NCBI GenBank assembly: GCA_023444705.1 | Contig: JAEXMB010000081.1 | Location: 37 to 64,036 of the forward strand | Source of the DNA: Pseudomonadota bacterium | Lineage (GTDB): Bacteria > Pseudomonadota > Alphaproteobacteria > Micavibrionales > UBA2020 | DNA: 64,000 nucleotides | Direction of reading: 5' to 3' | Shown here: piece after piece, positions 1-11,771 of the stretch | Position numbering within the stretch: position 1 is the first letter of the stretch | Layout of the letters: each line of letters begins with the position of its first letter | Notes under the pieces: generated by a model | What the model was told of the DNA's origin: nothing | The model's database searches: none | What the model saw: the letters and a program-made list of their open reading frames with translations, nothing else | Made by a program: the position numbers and the translations under genes

Positions 1-1904
<1,904 letters not shown>

Positions 1905-2190
1905 GGCAGAGTGTCCTTTCAGTGGCAAATATGCGGGTCAGCCCTCGTGGGAGGCACCGGCCCAGATTTCCGTGCTTTTTCCACCCGTCGTTCAGGGGGG
2001 TAAAACGCATCAGCGTGGATGTCATGGCTATGACATAGCGCGTGCCCGCGAAATTACACCCCTTTAAAGGCGAAGTGAAGGTCTTTCGGGGCGGTTTTCG
2101 CGGCCATAAACATGCACCGCAGTGCCACCCCATGCCTTTTCTACGCAAGAGGGGGCGAATTGGATGACTCGCGGGGAAATTACGTAAAAA

Positions 2191-2805
2191 TCAGCCGTGC
2201 TTGGGCGGTTTCGGGCCGGATTTGGGCGCAGGTTTGTCCTTGGCGGCCTTGGGCTTGCTCTGGGCGGCCAGGGCTTCGTCGATCACGGCCAGCGTGTCGG
2301 CGATCTGCTTGTCTTCGATCGCGCGTAGTTTGGGGGCGATACCGTCGGCATAGACGCTGCGGTCTTCGGCGAAATCGGCCAGGCTGTAGCGGATGTCGGT
2401 CAGCCAGTCGCGGTCGGGCTGGGCTGTCGTTTTGATCGCCAGCGCGAGGTTTTCGGCGTGGGCGATGAACATGGCGCTGTAGATCTGCACAAGGTCGGTA
2501 TTGGCGGCCGTCACGCCCGCACCCAGCGTGTGGGTGTCGATCATCGCCTGCACGTGGGGATGATAGTCATCGGCAAAACGACTTGATTTCAGCGCCATGT
2601 AGGGCGGGCAGTGCATCAGCACGCAGACGGTCAGGATGCATTCCTTGACCGCGTCGCTGGTGGTGACGTTGTCGTCGATCAGCGTCAGTGCGCGGTGCGT
2701 GGCCGCCGCCAGATCCGCAGGCACGCCGTCGGCGGCGGCGGCGAAGATGCCGCGCTGCTCGTCGAGCGCTTTTTTAACCAGCGGATAGCGTGTATAGGCG
2801 GTCAT
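2191..2805 (-). CDS. Hypothetical protein (204 aa) with Lys/Pro-rich basic C-terminal tail
   Basis: Long ORF co-oriented with its neighbours. No family recognised. The tail reads ...KDKPAPKSGPKPPKHG. Confidence 0.55.
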   Translation of the reverse strand: MTAYTRYPLVKKALDEQRGIFAAAADGVPADLAAATHRALTLIDDNVTTSDAVKECILTVCVLMHCPPYMALKSSRFADDYHPHVQAMIDTHTLGAGVTAANTDLVQIYSAMFIAHAENLALAIKTTAQPDRDWLTDIRYSLADFAEDRSVYADGIAPKLRAIEDKQIADTLAVIDEALAAQSKPKAAKDKPAPKSGPKPPKHG

Positions 2806-2899
2806 GTGATCGTCTTCACGTCTGCGTGTTCAAGAATGCAGCCAGTATGAAAAAACAGGGCGGTTCTGTCAATTTTCAAAAAGCCTATGTGGCTGGATT

Positions 2900-5293
2900 T
2901 CAACCCTTTTTCTGCTGCGGTGCAACAGGCTTGGGGGAGGCGGATGCTGTGTTTTCAGGAGCTTGCGCGGGCACGGGCTGGGCGGCTGCGTTAAAGGCGG
3001 CGTCAAGCTTCTTGAGGCTGACATAGTCGGTCTTGCCCGTTGCAAGCTTGGGGATCTCCGCCACCACGCGGATGTTGTCGTTGCCGGGTAAGCCAAGGAA
3101 AGAACGGCTCAGCGATTTGGCCGCAGCCGCCAGCGTGTCGCGCTTCATGTTGGCATCGGTGGTGTAGAGGATGATTTCATCGGCCTGGCCCGCCTGCTGG
3201 CGCAGGATGACGGCCTGTTCGGCCTGCGGGCTTGCGGTGCGCGCGATGGTTTCGATGGCGTCAAGCGATACCATCTCGCCACCCACCTTGGCAAAGCGCT
3301 TGGCGCGGCCTGCGATCTGCACGTGACCCTGCGCTGTCATGCGCACGATGTCGCCGGTGTCGTGCCAGCCGTCTGCGGGTGGTTCGATCACGCCGGGGTT
3401 TTCAGGGCGCAGGTAGCCCATCATCACGTTGGGACCTTTGATAAGCAGCCTGTAGCCATCGTCCATGTCGGCGACGGGTTCAAGGCGCGCCTCGATCCCC
3501 GGCAACAGGCGGCCGACGGTGCCGTGTTCGTTCTTGCCGGGCAGGTTGATGGCGACGACGGGTGCGGCCTCGGTCATGCCATAGCCTTCGTAGATGCGCA
3601 CGCCGAAACGGTTGATGTAGGTGTCGCGCGTATCCTGCGTCAGCGCCTCTGCGCCTGCAAAGATAAAGCGCAGGCGGTTCATGTCGGCGTTGCTGTCGGT
3701 GCCCTTGGCGTAAAGGCGCAGGAAGGTATCGGTTGCAAACATCAGCGTTGCATCGGACCAGTAGATCGCCTTGGGGATGTTCTTGCCGTCAAGCGGGGTC
3801 GGGTATTGCACGCTCGGGATGCCGCGCAGCATCGGCATGATCAGGCCGCCGCCAAGGCCGAAGGAGTGGAATACCGGCAGGGCGTTGAATACTTTGTCAG
3901 CGGGCGTGATGGGGGCCGTGGCCATGACCTGTGCGATGTTGGCGCGGATGTTGGCGTGGCTGAGGACGACACCCTTGGGCGGGCCTTCCGAACCCGAGGT
4001 GAACAGCACGACGGCGGGCGCGGTGCCGTTGATCTTGGGCGCGCCCGCGGGCAGTACGCCGCGGCTGCGCGCCAGTGCGGTCAGCTTGTCTTTCATACCG
4101 ATGTCGGCTTTGACATCTTCGAGGTAGATGATGCGCGCGCTGGCGCCAAGGGCTGCGATCTTGTCTTGCAGCTTGGCAAGTTCGATGAAGGTGCGCGATG
4201 TGATGATGGTTTTTACACCAGCCGTTGCAACACACGATTGCAGCGTGGGTGCATCCGACGACGCGTTCAGCATCGCGGGTACGCGGCCATAGGCCTGCAA
4301 GGCCCAGAACGACACGGCGGCGGCGTTGCTGTTGGGCAGGAAGAAGCCGACGGTTTCGCCTGCCTGCGTTTGCGTGGCGAGCTTGGCGCCCAGCGCATAG
4401 GCGCCCGTCATCACTTGCCCGTAGGTGACGCGATTGCGCATGGGGTCTTCGACCGTTACGCGCTTGCGCCCGAACTGATGCGCTGCGGCCTTGAGGTCGT
4501 CAAACAGCGCGCGGTCGCGCTCCATCGCTTCGACCGGCAGGGCGTGCATGATTGTTTCAAGCGCATCCAGACGCAGCTTGCGGCGCGCGCGGGCGGTGGC
4601 GTCGGCGGGAATGTCGAGCTTGCGCGGGGCAAGCGCCGTGACGCTGATATCGGGGCGCAGGCGGCGCGGATAGTTTTTCAGCCCCAGCGTGCCAAAAGGC
4701 AGCATGTTAAGGCCCTTGAGGTAAACCGGAACAATGGTTGCATCGGCCCCGTCGGCGATGGCGCCGGCGCCGTCAAAAATCTGCATGATGTTGCCCGTCG
4801 ACGTCAGGCGGCCTTCGGGAAAGATCATGACGGGCGTGCCGCTTTTGGCCAGATGCGTCATGGTTTTCAGCGCTTGCGGTTTCGTCGGGTCGATCGGCAG
4901 GATGGTCAGGCGCTTGAACAAAAAGCGCACCAGCGGGTTCTTGTTGAATTTTTCGAACTGGTCGGTGGCAATCGCAAAGGCGGGGCGCACGGGCAACATC
5001 GCGGCCAGCACCACGCCGTCAAGCAGCGAGGTATGGTTGGCGATGATGACCATCGGCTTGCCATCAAGCCCCTTGAAGTTCTCCATGCCGCGTGCCTTGA
5101 TGCCAAGCACCGTGCGCAGCGCCACGCGGATGCTCATGCGGATGGTGCGTGTAATGCCCTCGTCGATCACCGCCACGGTTTTTTGTCCTGCGGCTTTCAC
5201 GCCGGTTACGATGCGCGTGCGCGCCTTGCGCAGGTTGGTGCGCAGGCTGTTCAACTGTGTGGCGGCAAAACGGGCGGCGCGGCGATAGGGCAT
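2900..5293 (-). CDS. Aas-like fusion protein: N-terminal PlsC-type acyltransferase plus C-terminal AMP-forming acyl-ACP/CoA synthetase
   Basis: Acyltransferase motifs are NHTSLLDG (HX4D) and FPEGRLT. The AMP-binding motif is LFTSGSEGPPKGVVLSH, followed by YGMTE and GWHDTGD. This domain order matches the bifunctional Aas enzyme. Confidence 0.8.
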   Translation of the reverse strand: MPYRRAARFAATQLNSLRTNLRKARTRIVTGVKAAGQKTVAVIDEGITRTIRMSIRVALRTVLGIKARGMENFKGLDGKPMVIIANHTSLLDGVVLAAMLPVRPAFAIATDQFEKFNKNPLVRFLFKRLTILPIDPTKPQALKTMTHLAKSGTPVMIFPEGRLTSTGNIMQIFDGAGAIADGADATIVPVYLKGLNMLPFGTLGLKNYPRRLRPDISVTALAPRKLDIPADATARARRKLRLDALETIMHALPVEAMERDRALFDDLKAAAHQFGRKRVTVEDPMRNRVTYGQVMTGAYALGAKLATQTQAGETVGFFLPNSNAAAVSFWALQAYGRVPAMLNASSDAPTLQSCVATAGVKTIITSRTFIELAKLQDKIAALGASARIIYLEDVKADIGMKDKLTALARSRGVLPAGAPKINGTAPAVVLFTSGSEGPPKGVVLSHANIRANIAQVMATAPITPADKVFNALPVFHSFGLGGGLIMPMLRGIPSVQYPTPLDGKNIPKAIYWSDATLMFATDTFLRLYAKGTDSNADMNRLRFIFAGAEALTQDTRDTYINRFGVRIYEGYGMTEAAPVVAINLPGKNEHGTVGRLLPGIEARLEPVADMDDGYRLLIKGPNVMMGYLRPENPGVIEPPADGWHDTGDIVRMTAQGHVQIAGRAKRFAKVGGEMVSLDAIETIARTASPQAEQAVILRQQAGQADEIILYTTDANMKRDTLAAAAKSLSRSFLGLPGNDNIRVVAEIPKLATGKTDYVSLKKLDAAFNAAAQPVPAQAPENTASASPKPVAPQQKKG

Positions 5294-5464
5294 CGGGATA
5301 AAACCTCCGGTAAAAACGGCGGGGACGGGGAAATCTTATAGAAAATCGAATGCCTGTTTGTACCCCCGCGCGCGGGGCGAGTCAACCGTGCGCAAGCTGG
5401 CACACGCAAAGAAAAAGCCCGTTATGCGGCGGTGCATAACGGGCTTTTCGGCAAGGTTTTTTGA

Positions 5465-6082
5465 CTATGCGCTGGTGTCGAGGTGCGCGCCGCCTTCAAG
5501 GCTGGCATCGCCCTTGGCCACGCCCACGCGCGCGGGACGCAACAGGCGGTCGTGGATGGTATAGCCGGCCTCGATCACCTGGATGATGGTCCCTGCTTTT
5601 TGTCCGGGGACTTCGCTTTCGAAAATCACTTCGTGCAGGTTGGGGTCGAACATCTGGCCCTGCGGGTCGAGTTTCTTGATGCCGTGCTTTTCAAACAACT
5701 GCAGCAAGACGCGCTCGGTCATCTCGACACCGACGTAGATGTTTTTCAGCTCGGCGTTGGCTTCCTGCTGTTCGGGCGTGATGGCGTTGAGCGCGCGGCG
5801 CATGTTGTCAGATACCGCCAGCAGGTCGCGGGCAAAGCCGCTGATGGCGTATTTGGCGGTGTCCTGACGTTCTTTTTCAAGACGCTTGCGGGTGTTGTCG
5901 GCCTCGGCCATTGCGCGCAGGGCGCGGTCGTTACTCTCCGCCAGCTTGGCTTCAAGTTCGGCGATGCGCGCATCGGCGGTGCCGGTGCCTTGCAGGTTGA
6001 CGACGACGTCATCACTGGTGACGGCATCGTTCTCCGTGCCTTCGGGCAGGGGCTGGTCGTCATGCGGGGTGGCGCTGGTCAT
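5465..6082 (-). CDS. grpE: Nucleotide exchange factor GrpE (copy 1)
   Basis: LRAMAEADNTRKRLEKERQDTAKYAISGFARDLLAVSDNMRRAL ... FDPNLHEV ... GYTIHDRLLRPARVGV. Both the GrpE coiled coil and the C-terminal signature are present. Confidence 0.9.
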   Translation of the reverse strand: MTSATPHDDQPLPEGTENDAVTSDDVVVNLQGTGTADARIAELEAKLAESNDRALRAMAEADNTRKRLEKERQDTAKYAISGFARDLLAVSDNMRRALNAITPEQQEANAELKNIYVGVEMTERVLLQLFEKHGIKKLDPQGQMFDPNLHEVIFESEVPGQKAGTIIQVIEAGYTIHDRLLRPARVGVAKGDASLEGGAHLDTSA

Positions 6083-6151
6083 GGGTGGTCTCCTGTCTGA
6101 AATACGGGCCTAATCTGGCCTCTTTTGCGCGCGCGATCAAGGGGCGCAAAG

Positions 6152-6190
6152 AAAAACCGCGTTTTACAAGGGTAAAACGCGGTTTTTTTT
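6152..6190 (-). terminator. Rho-independent terminator between the two grpE genes
   Basis: Perfect 12-bp stem ACCGCGTTTTAC / GTAAAACGCGGT (6156-6167 / 6172-6183) with a 4-nt loop. It is flanked by an A-run and a T-run, so it reads as hairpin plus U-tract on the minus strand, 22 nt after the grpE copy 2 stop. Confidence 0.7.
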
Positions 6191-6211
6191 GATCGGACAG
6201 GCCGGGGCCGC

Positions 6212-6820
6212 TTACATTTCGGGCGGGGTCACGATGACCTTGGCGGCGCGGATCAGGCGGCCGTTGATCTCGTAGCCTTTTTGCTCGACCTTGATGACGG
6301 TTTCGGGATCGGTGTCGGGCTTGGGCACGACAGTGATCACTTCATGCTTGTTCTCGTCGAACTGCTGGTTGATCGGATTGATCTCGCTGATGCCGAAGCG
6401 GTTGAACACTGTGGTCAGCGACGCGATGGTTTTTTCGACACCATCGACCAGTTTGGCGTATTTGGGGTCGCTGTCGCGATCCGCCTGCGGAATGGTCTTC
6501 AGGCCCAGTTCCAGCGTGTCGATAACGGGCAGTACTTCCTTGACGAATTTGGCGATGGCGTATTTTTCATCTTCTTTCGCCTTGGCTTCCATGCGCGCGA
6601 TGGTGCGCAGGGCTTCTTCGGCGCGGCCGTGGTTGGCCAGATTATCGCGCTGCGCGTTTTGCAGGGCGGTGGTCAGGGTTGCAACCTGCTGCGTCAGTGC
6701 GGCGACGGCTTCGCTGTCGTTGCCTTCGCTGCCCTCGATATCCTCGAACAGCGCTTCGCGGGTTTCGCGGCGTGCTTTTTCCTCGGGGGTTTCTTCGCGG
6801 GGAGGCGTTTCGTCTGACAT
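6212..6820 (-). CDS. GrpE paralogue (copy 2, divergent), immediately downstream of hrcA
   Basis: EDEKYAIAKFVKEVLPVIDTLELGL ... FDENKHEV ... GYEINGRLIRAAKVIV. It has GrpE architecture but little identity to copy 1 outside the signature. Confidence 0.85.
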   Translation of the reverse strand: MSDETPPREETPEEKARRETREALFEDIEGSEGNDSEAVAALTQQVATLTTALQNAQRDNLANHGRAEEALRTIARMEAKAKEDEKYAIAKFVKEVLPVIDTLELGLKTIPQADRDSDPKYAKLVDGVEKTIASLTTVFNRFGISEINPINQQFDENKHEVITVVPKPDTDPETVIKVEQKGYEINGRLIRAAKVIVTPPEM

Positions 6821-6935
6821 GGGAATCTCCGGCAGGGGTGAATTACATAAGCCGGAAAAGATTAGGAAAAATAACCGCGTTTGTCAATCAAACGATGACA
6901 TTAAATAAATACAATAATTTCATATAGATATACCA

Positions 6936-8000
6936 TTAACGCAGCATCTGCCCGATCAGCTGGGACGTATAATTGATCACGGGGATGATGCGGCCATAGT
7001 TGAGTCGCGTCGGGCCGATGACGCCAAGCGCACCCACGATTTTGCTGTCGCCGTTGGTATAGGGGGCGACGATCAGGCTGCACCCCGCATGGGCGAACAA
7101 GGTGTTTTCCGCCCCGATGAAAATCTTGATGCCTTCGCCGGCCGTCGTGGCCTTCAGCACCTTTTGCATGGTCTCTTTCGCCTCGAGCGCGCTGAACAGG
7201 GCGCGGATGCGCTCAAGATCCGCCAGCGCCGTTACGTCGTCCAGCAGCCGCGACTGTCCCTTGACGAACAGATGCCCACCGCTGCCCGTGGGCGAGAGCG
7301 AGGCCAGGCCGCTGTCGATCACGCGTGCTGTCAGTTCGTCCAGCTGCGCGCGCTCGCGCGCCATATCCTTGGCGATGATGTCGGCGGCTTCGGACAATGT
7401 CTTGTCGGCGATCTGCGCGTTGAGGTAATTGGCGGCGCGCATCAGCGTGGTGGCGGTCACGTCGTTGGGCACGCTGATCATGCGGTTTTCTACGCTGCCG
7501 CCGCTGGTCACCAGTATGGCCAGCGCACGCCCCGGGGCCAGCAGCACGAACTCGATCTGCTTGATGGCCTCCTCGTCCGTCGGCGCGAAGACAAGGCCCG
7601 CACAACTTGACAGACCCGACAGCAGCTCCGACGTGCGCTCCAGCGTTGTCGCGCGCGAGGTCGCGGCGGCGGGTTCGATCGCCGTCTTGATATGGTGCTG
7701 GTCGGCGGCGCTCAATGTGTCGATTTCAAGCAGGCCGTCGACGAAGACCGCAAGGCCGCTGTCGGTCGGCAGGCGCCCTGCCGAGGTATGCGGCGCATAT
7801 AAAAGGCCGCGCGCCTCAAGCTCTGCCATTGCATGGCGCACCGTGGCGGGGGAGAGGCTCAGGCCCATTTTCTCCGAAATCGCCTTGGAGCCGACAGGCT
7901 CCCCCGTTGCGACGTAGGAGTCGACGACAAGCTTGAGAATCTGCCGGGTGCGGGCGTTGAGATCGGTGATCATGAGGGCATCGTAGCGGGGAAAAGCCAA
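6936..8000 (-). CDS. hrcA: Heat-inducible transcription repressor HrcA
   Basis: N-terminal winged-helix region LNARTRQILKLVVDSYVATGEPVGSKAISEKMGLSLSPATVRHAMAELEARGLLYAPHTSAGRLPT. Length is 354 aa, and the gene sits in the conserved hrcA-grpE position. Confidence 0.93.
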   Translation of the reverse strand: MAFPRYDALMITDLNARTRQILKLVVDSYVATGEPVGSKAISEKMGLSLSPATVRHAMAELEARGLLYAPHTSAGRLPTDSGLAVFVDGLLEIDTLSAADQHHIKTAIEPAAATSRATTLERTSELLSGLSSCAGLVFAPTDEEAIKQIEFVLLAPGRALAILVTSGGSVENRMISVPNDVTATTLMRAANYLNAQIADKTLSEAADIIAKDMARERAQLDELTARVIDSGLASLSPTGSGGHLFVKGQSRLLDDVTALADLERIRALFSALEAKETMQKVLKATTAGEGIKIFIGAENTLFAHAGCSLIVAPYTNGDSKIVGALGVIGPTRLNYGRIIPVINYTSQLIGQMLR

Positions 8001-8137
8001 TTATTTCAATGGCTATAATGGGGGTGACGAATGTATTGACATAACATGACAACTGTGGTTTTTTATGACATCTTCATATAGACAACAAGAGGCGGCTTTT
8101 CCCCTGCCGCCCTCAAGCCGGATGAGACACAGAACCC

Positions 8138-8905
8138 ATGTCGCAGAAGCCTGAATATTACAGCGTCCTCGGTATCCAAAAGGGCGCAAGCGCAAGTGAA
8201 ATCAAGACGGCCTATACCAAGGCCGCGATGAAAAACCACCCCGACCGCTTCATCAACAAGAGCGATGCGGAAAAAGAGGCCGCGCGCGCCAAGTTTCAGG
8301 AGATCGAGGAAGCGTACAAGGTACTCTCCGACGACAGCAAGCGCGCCACTTACGACAGCTATGGCCATGAAGGCCTTGCGCGTCAGGCCGCCGGCCAGAG
8401 CGCTGGTACCGGCCGCAGTTTCAGCGACCTTGCAGGCGAGGGCAGCAAGCCGCGCTTTGTGAGCGAGGAAGACGCGTTTTCGTTCTTTGACCGCGCTGCG
8501 GGCAACAAACCCGCCGCCAGTGCGCCCAGCGATACGCCCGCTGTCGACCGCACCGATGCCGCCGCCGCGCGCCGCGCGCGCCGTCAGGAACGCATCGGCA
8601 CCGGCTCCCCCGGCATTGTCGAGGCTGTGACCGTCAAAACGCCCGCGGCTGACCCCATCGGCCAGCCGTCCAAGCCGGCCAAACCCGCAGAGGCCCCCAA
8701 GGCCAAAACCGCGACCGGTTTTGACTTCGGCGCCGCCACGCGCGATACGCGCGCGGCACAAGAGAAAATCGGCCAGATCGCGCGTGGCGACAGTGTCGAA
8801 GTTCCTCTCGACAAGCTCGAGGCTTTCCGCGATAACGTACAGGAAATGCTCAATGTTCTCGACGCTGCCATCACCCGCGCCAAGCGCGGCGGTCCGCGCC
8901 GTTAA
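8138..8905 (+). CDS. J-domain-only protein (DnaJ-like; no Zn-finger or C-terminal substrate domain)
   Basis: N-terminal J domain [32 protein letters not shown] with the HPD motif. The rest is Ala/Pro/Arg-rich low complexity ending ...AKRGGPRR. Confidence 0.85.
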   Translation: MSQKPEYYSVLGIQKGASASEIKTAYTKAAMKNHPDRFINKSDAEKEAARAKFQEIEEAYKVLSDDSKRATYDSYGHEGLARQAAGQSAGTGRSFSDLAGEGSKPRFVSEEDAFSFFDRAAGNKPAASAPSDTPAVDRTDAAAARRARRQERIGTGSPGIVEAVTVKTPAADPIGQPSKPAKPAEAPKAKTATGFDFGAATRDTRAAQEKIGQIARGDSVEVPLDKLEAFRDNVQEMLNVLDAAITRAKRGGPRR

Positions 8906-8965
8906 TTCACGGGCCTGATACAGACCGGATAAGATACACACCAGACAAGCAAGGATCTTCACGCG

Positions 8966-9712
8966 ATGACCCAGCAGGCCCTCGCCACAGCGGCAACACG
9001 TCCCTCACTGCGCACGCCCGACCAGCTGCGCACCGTCACGCTCGAGGCAGGATTTGCCCCGCAGGCCGAAGGATCGTGCATGGCGAAATTCGGCAATACG
9101 CATGTGCTGTGTACCGCTAGCGTTGAAGAACGCGTGCCGCCCTGGCTCAAGAACAAAGGCAAGGGCTGGGTCACGGCGGAATACGGCATGCTGCCGCGCG
9201 CCACTGGCCAGCGCACCGACCGCGAGGCCGCGCGCGGTAAGCAAACGGGCCGCACGCAGGAAATTCAGCGCCTGATCGGCCGCAGCCTGCGCGCCGTGGT
9301 TGATCTTGCCAAGCTTGGCGAAGTGCAGATCATCGTCGATTGCGACGTCATTCAGGCCGACGGCGGCACGCGCACCGCCGCGATCACCGGCGGCTATGTC
9401 GCGCTGGCGCAGGCGGTCAACCATCTGGTCAAAATCGGCGCGGTGAAATCAAACCCGCTGATCGACCATGTCGCCGCCATTTCCTGCGGCATTTATCAGG
9501 GTACGCCCGTGCTTGACCTTGACTATGCCGAAGATTCAAACGCCGAGGCGGATGCCAATTTTGTTCTTACAGGTGCCGGCGGCCTGGTTGAAATTCAGGC
9601 GACGGCGGAACACCGTGCCTTTGAAGAAACCCATTTCACCGCCATGCTGGGCCTTGCGCGCAAAGGCATCGCCGAGCTGGTCGAAAAACAAAAAACAGCC
9701 ATTGGCGGCTGA
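8966..9712 (+). CDS. rph: Ribonuclease PH
   Basis: [44 protein letters not shown]...[43 protein letters not shown] is a typical RNase PH sequence. Confidence 0.95.
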   Translation: MTQQALATAATRPSLRTPDQLRTVTLEAGFAPQAEGSCMAKFGNTHVLCTASVEERVPPWLKNKGKGWVTAEYGMLPRATGQRTDREAARGKQTGRTQEIQRLIGRSLRAVVDLAKLGEVQIIVDCDVIQADGGTRTAAITGGYVALAQAVNHLVKIGAVKSNPLIDHVAAISCGIYQGTPVLDLDYAEDSNAEADANFVLTGAGGLVEIQATAEHRAFEETHFTAMLGLARKGIAELVEKQKTAIGG

Positions 9713-9743
9713 GACAGCGTTTTTATTTATTGGACTCAAGACA

Positions 9744-9977
9744 ATGTTCTTTCGCCGCGCTGATACGACGACACGTGCGCTGACGCGCGGCGATACGGGA
9801 TGGTTGCGCGCACAGATGGCCAAGGGCACCGATCCGGTCGCATTTTACGACCGCGCGCGGCAATTGAAAAAGCCGCACCCCAAATGCCTTGACCTTTTGG
9901 AGCAGGAGATCGAAGATCGGGCCATGCATCCCGGCACGCATGTGCCGCGCCACCACGACTGGAAAATCAAGAGATAG
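9744..9977 (+). CDS. Possible small protein (77 aa), unknown function
   Basis: In-frame ATG at 9744 within the 9468..9977 ORF. It fills the rph-rdgB gap and ends 3 nt before rdgB. Third-codon positions look GC-biased like the neighbouring genes. No family recognised. Confidence 0.35.
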   Translation: MFFRRADTTTRALTRGDTGWLRAQMAKGTDPVAFYDRARQLKKPHPKCLDLLEQEIEDRAMHPGTHVPRHHDWKIKR

Positions 9978-9980
9978 ACG

Positions 9981-10610
9981 ATGACACGTCAATTTACCGG
10001 CCGCGATCTGGTGATCGCCACGCACAACAACGGCAAGCTGGCCGAATTCCGCGCCATGTTCGATGGCATTGACCTCACCCTGACCTCGGCGGCCGATCAC
10101 GGCCTGCCGTCGCCGCCGGAAACCGGCACGACCTTTCTTGAAAACGTGCGCATCAAGGCGCTGGCCGCAGCCACTGGCGCGAACCTGCCTGCACTGGCCG
10201 ACGACAGTGGCCTGTGCGTTGAAATCCTTGGCGGCGCACCCGGTGTCTATTCCGCCGACTGGGCGGGGGAGGAGCGCGATTTTGGCCTTGCCATGCGCAA
10301 GGTGCATGAGGCGATGGCCGAAATGATCCCGCCCGACCAGACATGGGTGACGTCAAACCGCCGCGCGCAGTTCGTGTCCGTCATCATGCTGGCCTGGCCC
10401 GATGGCCATACCGAATGGGTCGAAGGTTTGGCGCCGGGCACCATCGTCTGGCCGCCGCGCGGCACCGGCGGGCACGGGTTTGATCCGATGTTCAAACCTG
10501 ACGAAGACGAGCGCGTCTATGCCGAGATGAGTGCGGACGAGAAGAACGCCATCAGTCACCGCGCGCGCGCTTTTGCCGCTATCCGCGCCAAATGCTTTGC
10601 GGACGTGTAA
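9981..10610 (+). CDS. rdgB: Non-canonical purine NTP pyrophosphatase RdgB/HAM1
   Basis: LVIATHNNGKLAEF...DDSGLCVEILGGAPGVYSA...GGHGFDPMF...SHRARAF. Confidence 0.93.
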   Translation: MTRQFTGRDLVIATHNNGKLAEFRAMFDGIDLTLTSAADHGLPSPPETGTTFLENVRIKALAAATGANLPALADDSGLCVEILGGAPGVYSADWAGEERDFGLAMRKVHEAMAEMIPPDQTWVTSNRRAQFVSVIMLAWPDGHTEWVEGLAPGTIVWPPRGTGGHGFDPMFKPDEDERVYAEMSADEKNAISHRARAFAAIRAKCFADV

Positions 10611-11771
10611 ATGACGCCGTCGCCATCACCGCTGGCGATCTATGTCCACTGGCCGTTTTGCGCCAAAAAATGCCCCTATTGCGATTTCAACAGTCATGTG
10701 CGCGATCGCGTCGATCATGACGCGTGGAAAAATGCCTATCTGCGCGAGCTTGAGCATACGCGCACGCTGACGGGCCCGCGCGAGGTCGTATCGGTCTTTT
10801 TCGGCGGCGGCACGCCATCGCTGATGGAACCATCGACCACCGCCGCTATCATCGAGAGCATCGACCGCCTGTGGGGAATTCCGCAAGGGACTGAAACCAC
10901 GCTTGAAGCCAATCCCGGATCGACCGAGGCGGATAAATTCCGCGCTTTCAAATCGGCGGGGGTCAACCGCGTGTCGGTCGGCGTGCAGGCGCTCAACGAT
11001 GCCGATTTACAGACCCTTGGCCGCCTGCACGGGGCAGAGGAAGCACGGCGTGCGGTCGGCATTGCGGGCGACGTCTTTGACCGCTTTTCGTTTGACCTGA
11101 TCTATGCGCGTCAGGGCCAGAGTGTCGAGATGTGGGAGCGCGAGCTGCGCGAAGCGCTGGCGATGGGCACGTCGCATCTGTCGCTCTACCAGCTGACCAT
11201 CGAGGAAGGTACGCCGTTTCACACGCTGTTCCAGCGCGGCGAGATTGTGCTGCCTGATGAGGACAGCGGTGCGACGATGTACGAACTGACGCAAGACATC
11301 TGCGCGGCTGCTGGCTTGCCTGCCTATGAAGTATCCAACCACGCCCGCATGGGCGAGGAATCACGCCACAACCTTGTCTACTGGCGTGGCGGCGATTATG
11401 CGGGCATCGGCCCCGGCGCGCACGGGCGCCTGACGCTCGATGGACAGCGCCATGCCACGCGCATGCACCGCGCGCCCGAAATCTGGCTGGAGCGCGTGGC
11501 GCAACAAGGCCACGGCGCGCATCCGTTTGAACCTGTCAGCGGCGATGAATTTGCGCGCGAGCGCCTGATGATGGGGCTTCGTCTGTCAGAGGGTATTGTG
11601 CATGCGCAGTTTCGCGCCCTGACCGGCATGAATGTCGCAGATGTTATCAATGCGCAGGCGGGGCAAGCCCTGCAACAAGGCGGTTTTTTGCATGATGACG
11701 GGCAGGTGATCGCAGCGACGGCGGCGGGCCGCCAGCGGCTCAACGCCTTGCTGGCCTATCTGGTCGCTTAA
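10611..11771 (+). CDS. hemW: Radical SAM heme chaperone HemW (HemN-like, oxygen-independent coproporphyrinogen oxidase family)
   Basis: The CxxxCxxC motif lies in HWPFCAKKCPYCDFNS, followed by FFGGGTPS. The start abuts the rdgB stop. Confidence 0.92.
   Translation: MTPSPSPLAIYVHWPFCAKKCPYCDFNSHVRDRVDHDAWKNAYLRELEHTRTLTGPREVVSVFFGGGTPSLMEPSTTAAIIESIDRLWGIPQGTETTLEANPGSTEADKFRAFKSAGVNRVSVGVQALNDADLQTLGRLHGAEEARRAVGIAGDVFDRFSFDLIYARQGQSVEMWERELREALAMGTSHLSLYQLTIEEGTPFHTLFQRGEIVLPDEDSGATMYELTQDICAAAGLPAYEVSNHARMGEESRHNLVYWRGGDYAGIGPGAHGRLTLDGQRHATRMHRAPEIWLERVAQQGHGAHPFEPVSGDEFARERLMMGLRLSEGIVHAQFRALTGMNVADVINAQAGQALQQGGFLHDDGQVIAATAAGRQRLNALLAYLVA

Noticed and set aside
2004-2190. Sigma32-type heat-shock promoter upstream of dnaK (a CCCCAT box at about 2133 on the + strand)
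   Set aside because: The CCCCAT lies on the wrong strand for dnaK. I could not find a CTTG(A)-N16-18-C(C/T)TAT pair with correct spacing on the minus strand.
3323-5341. 672-aa ORF on the + strand
   Set aside because: It is antisense to the Aas-like gene, which has clear HX4D and AMP-binding motifs. There are no recognisable motifs on the + strand.
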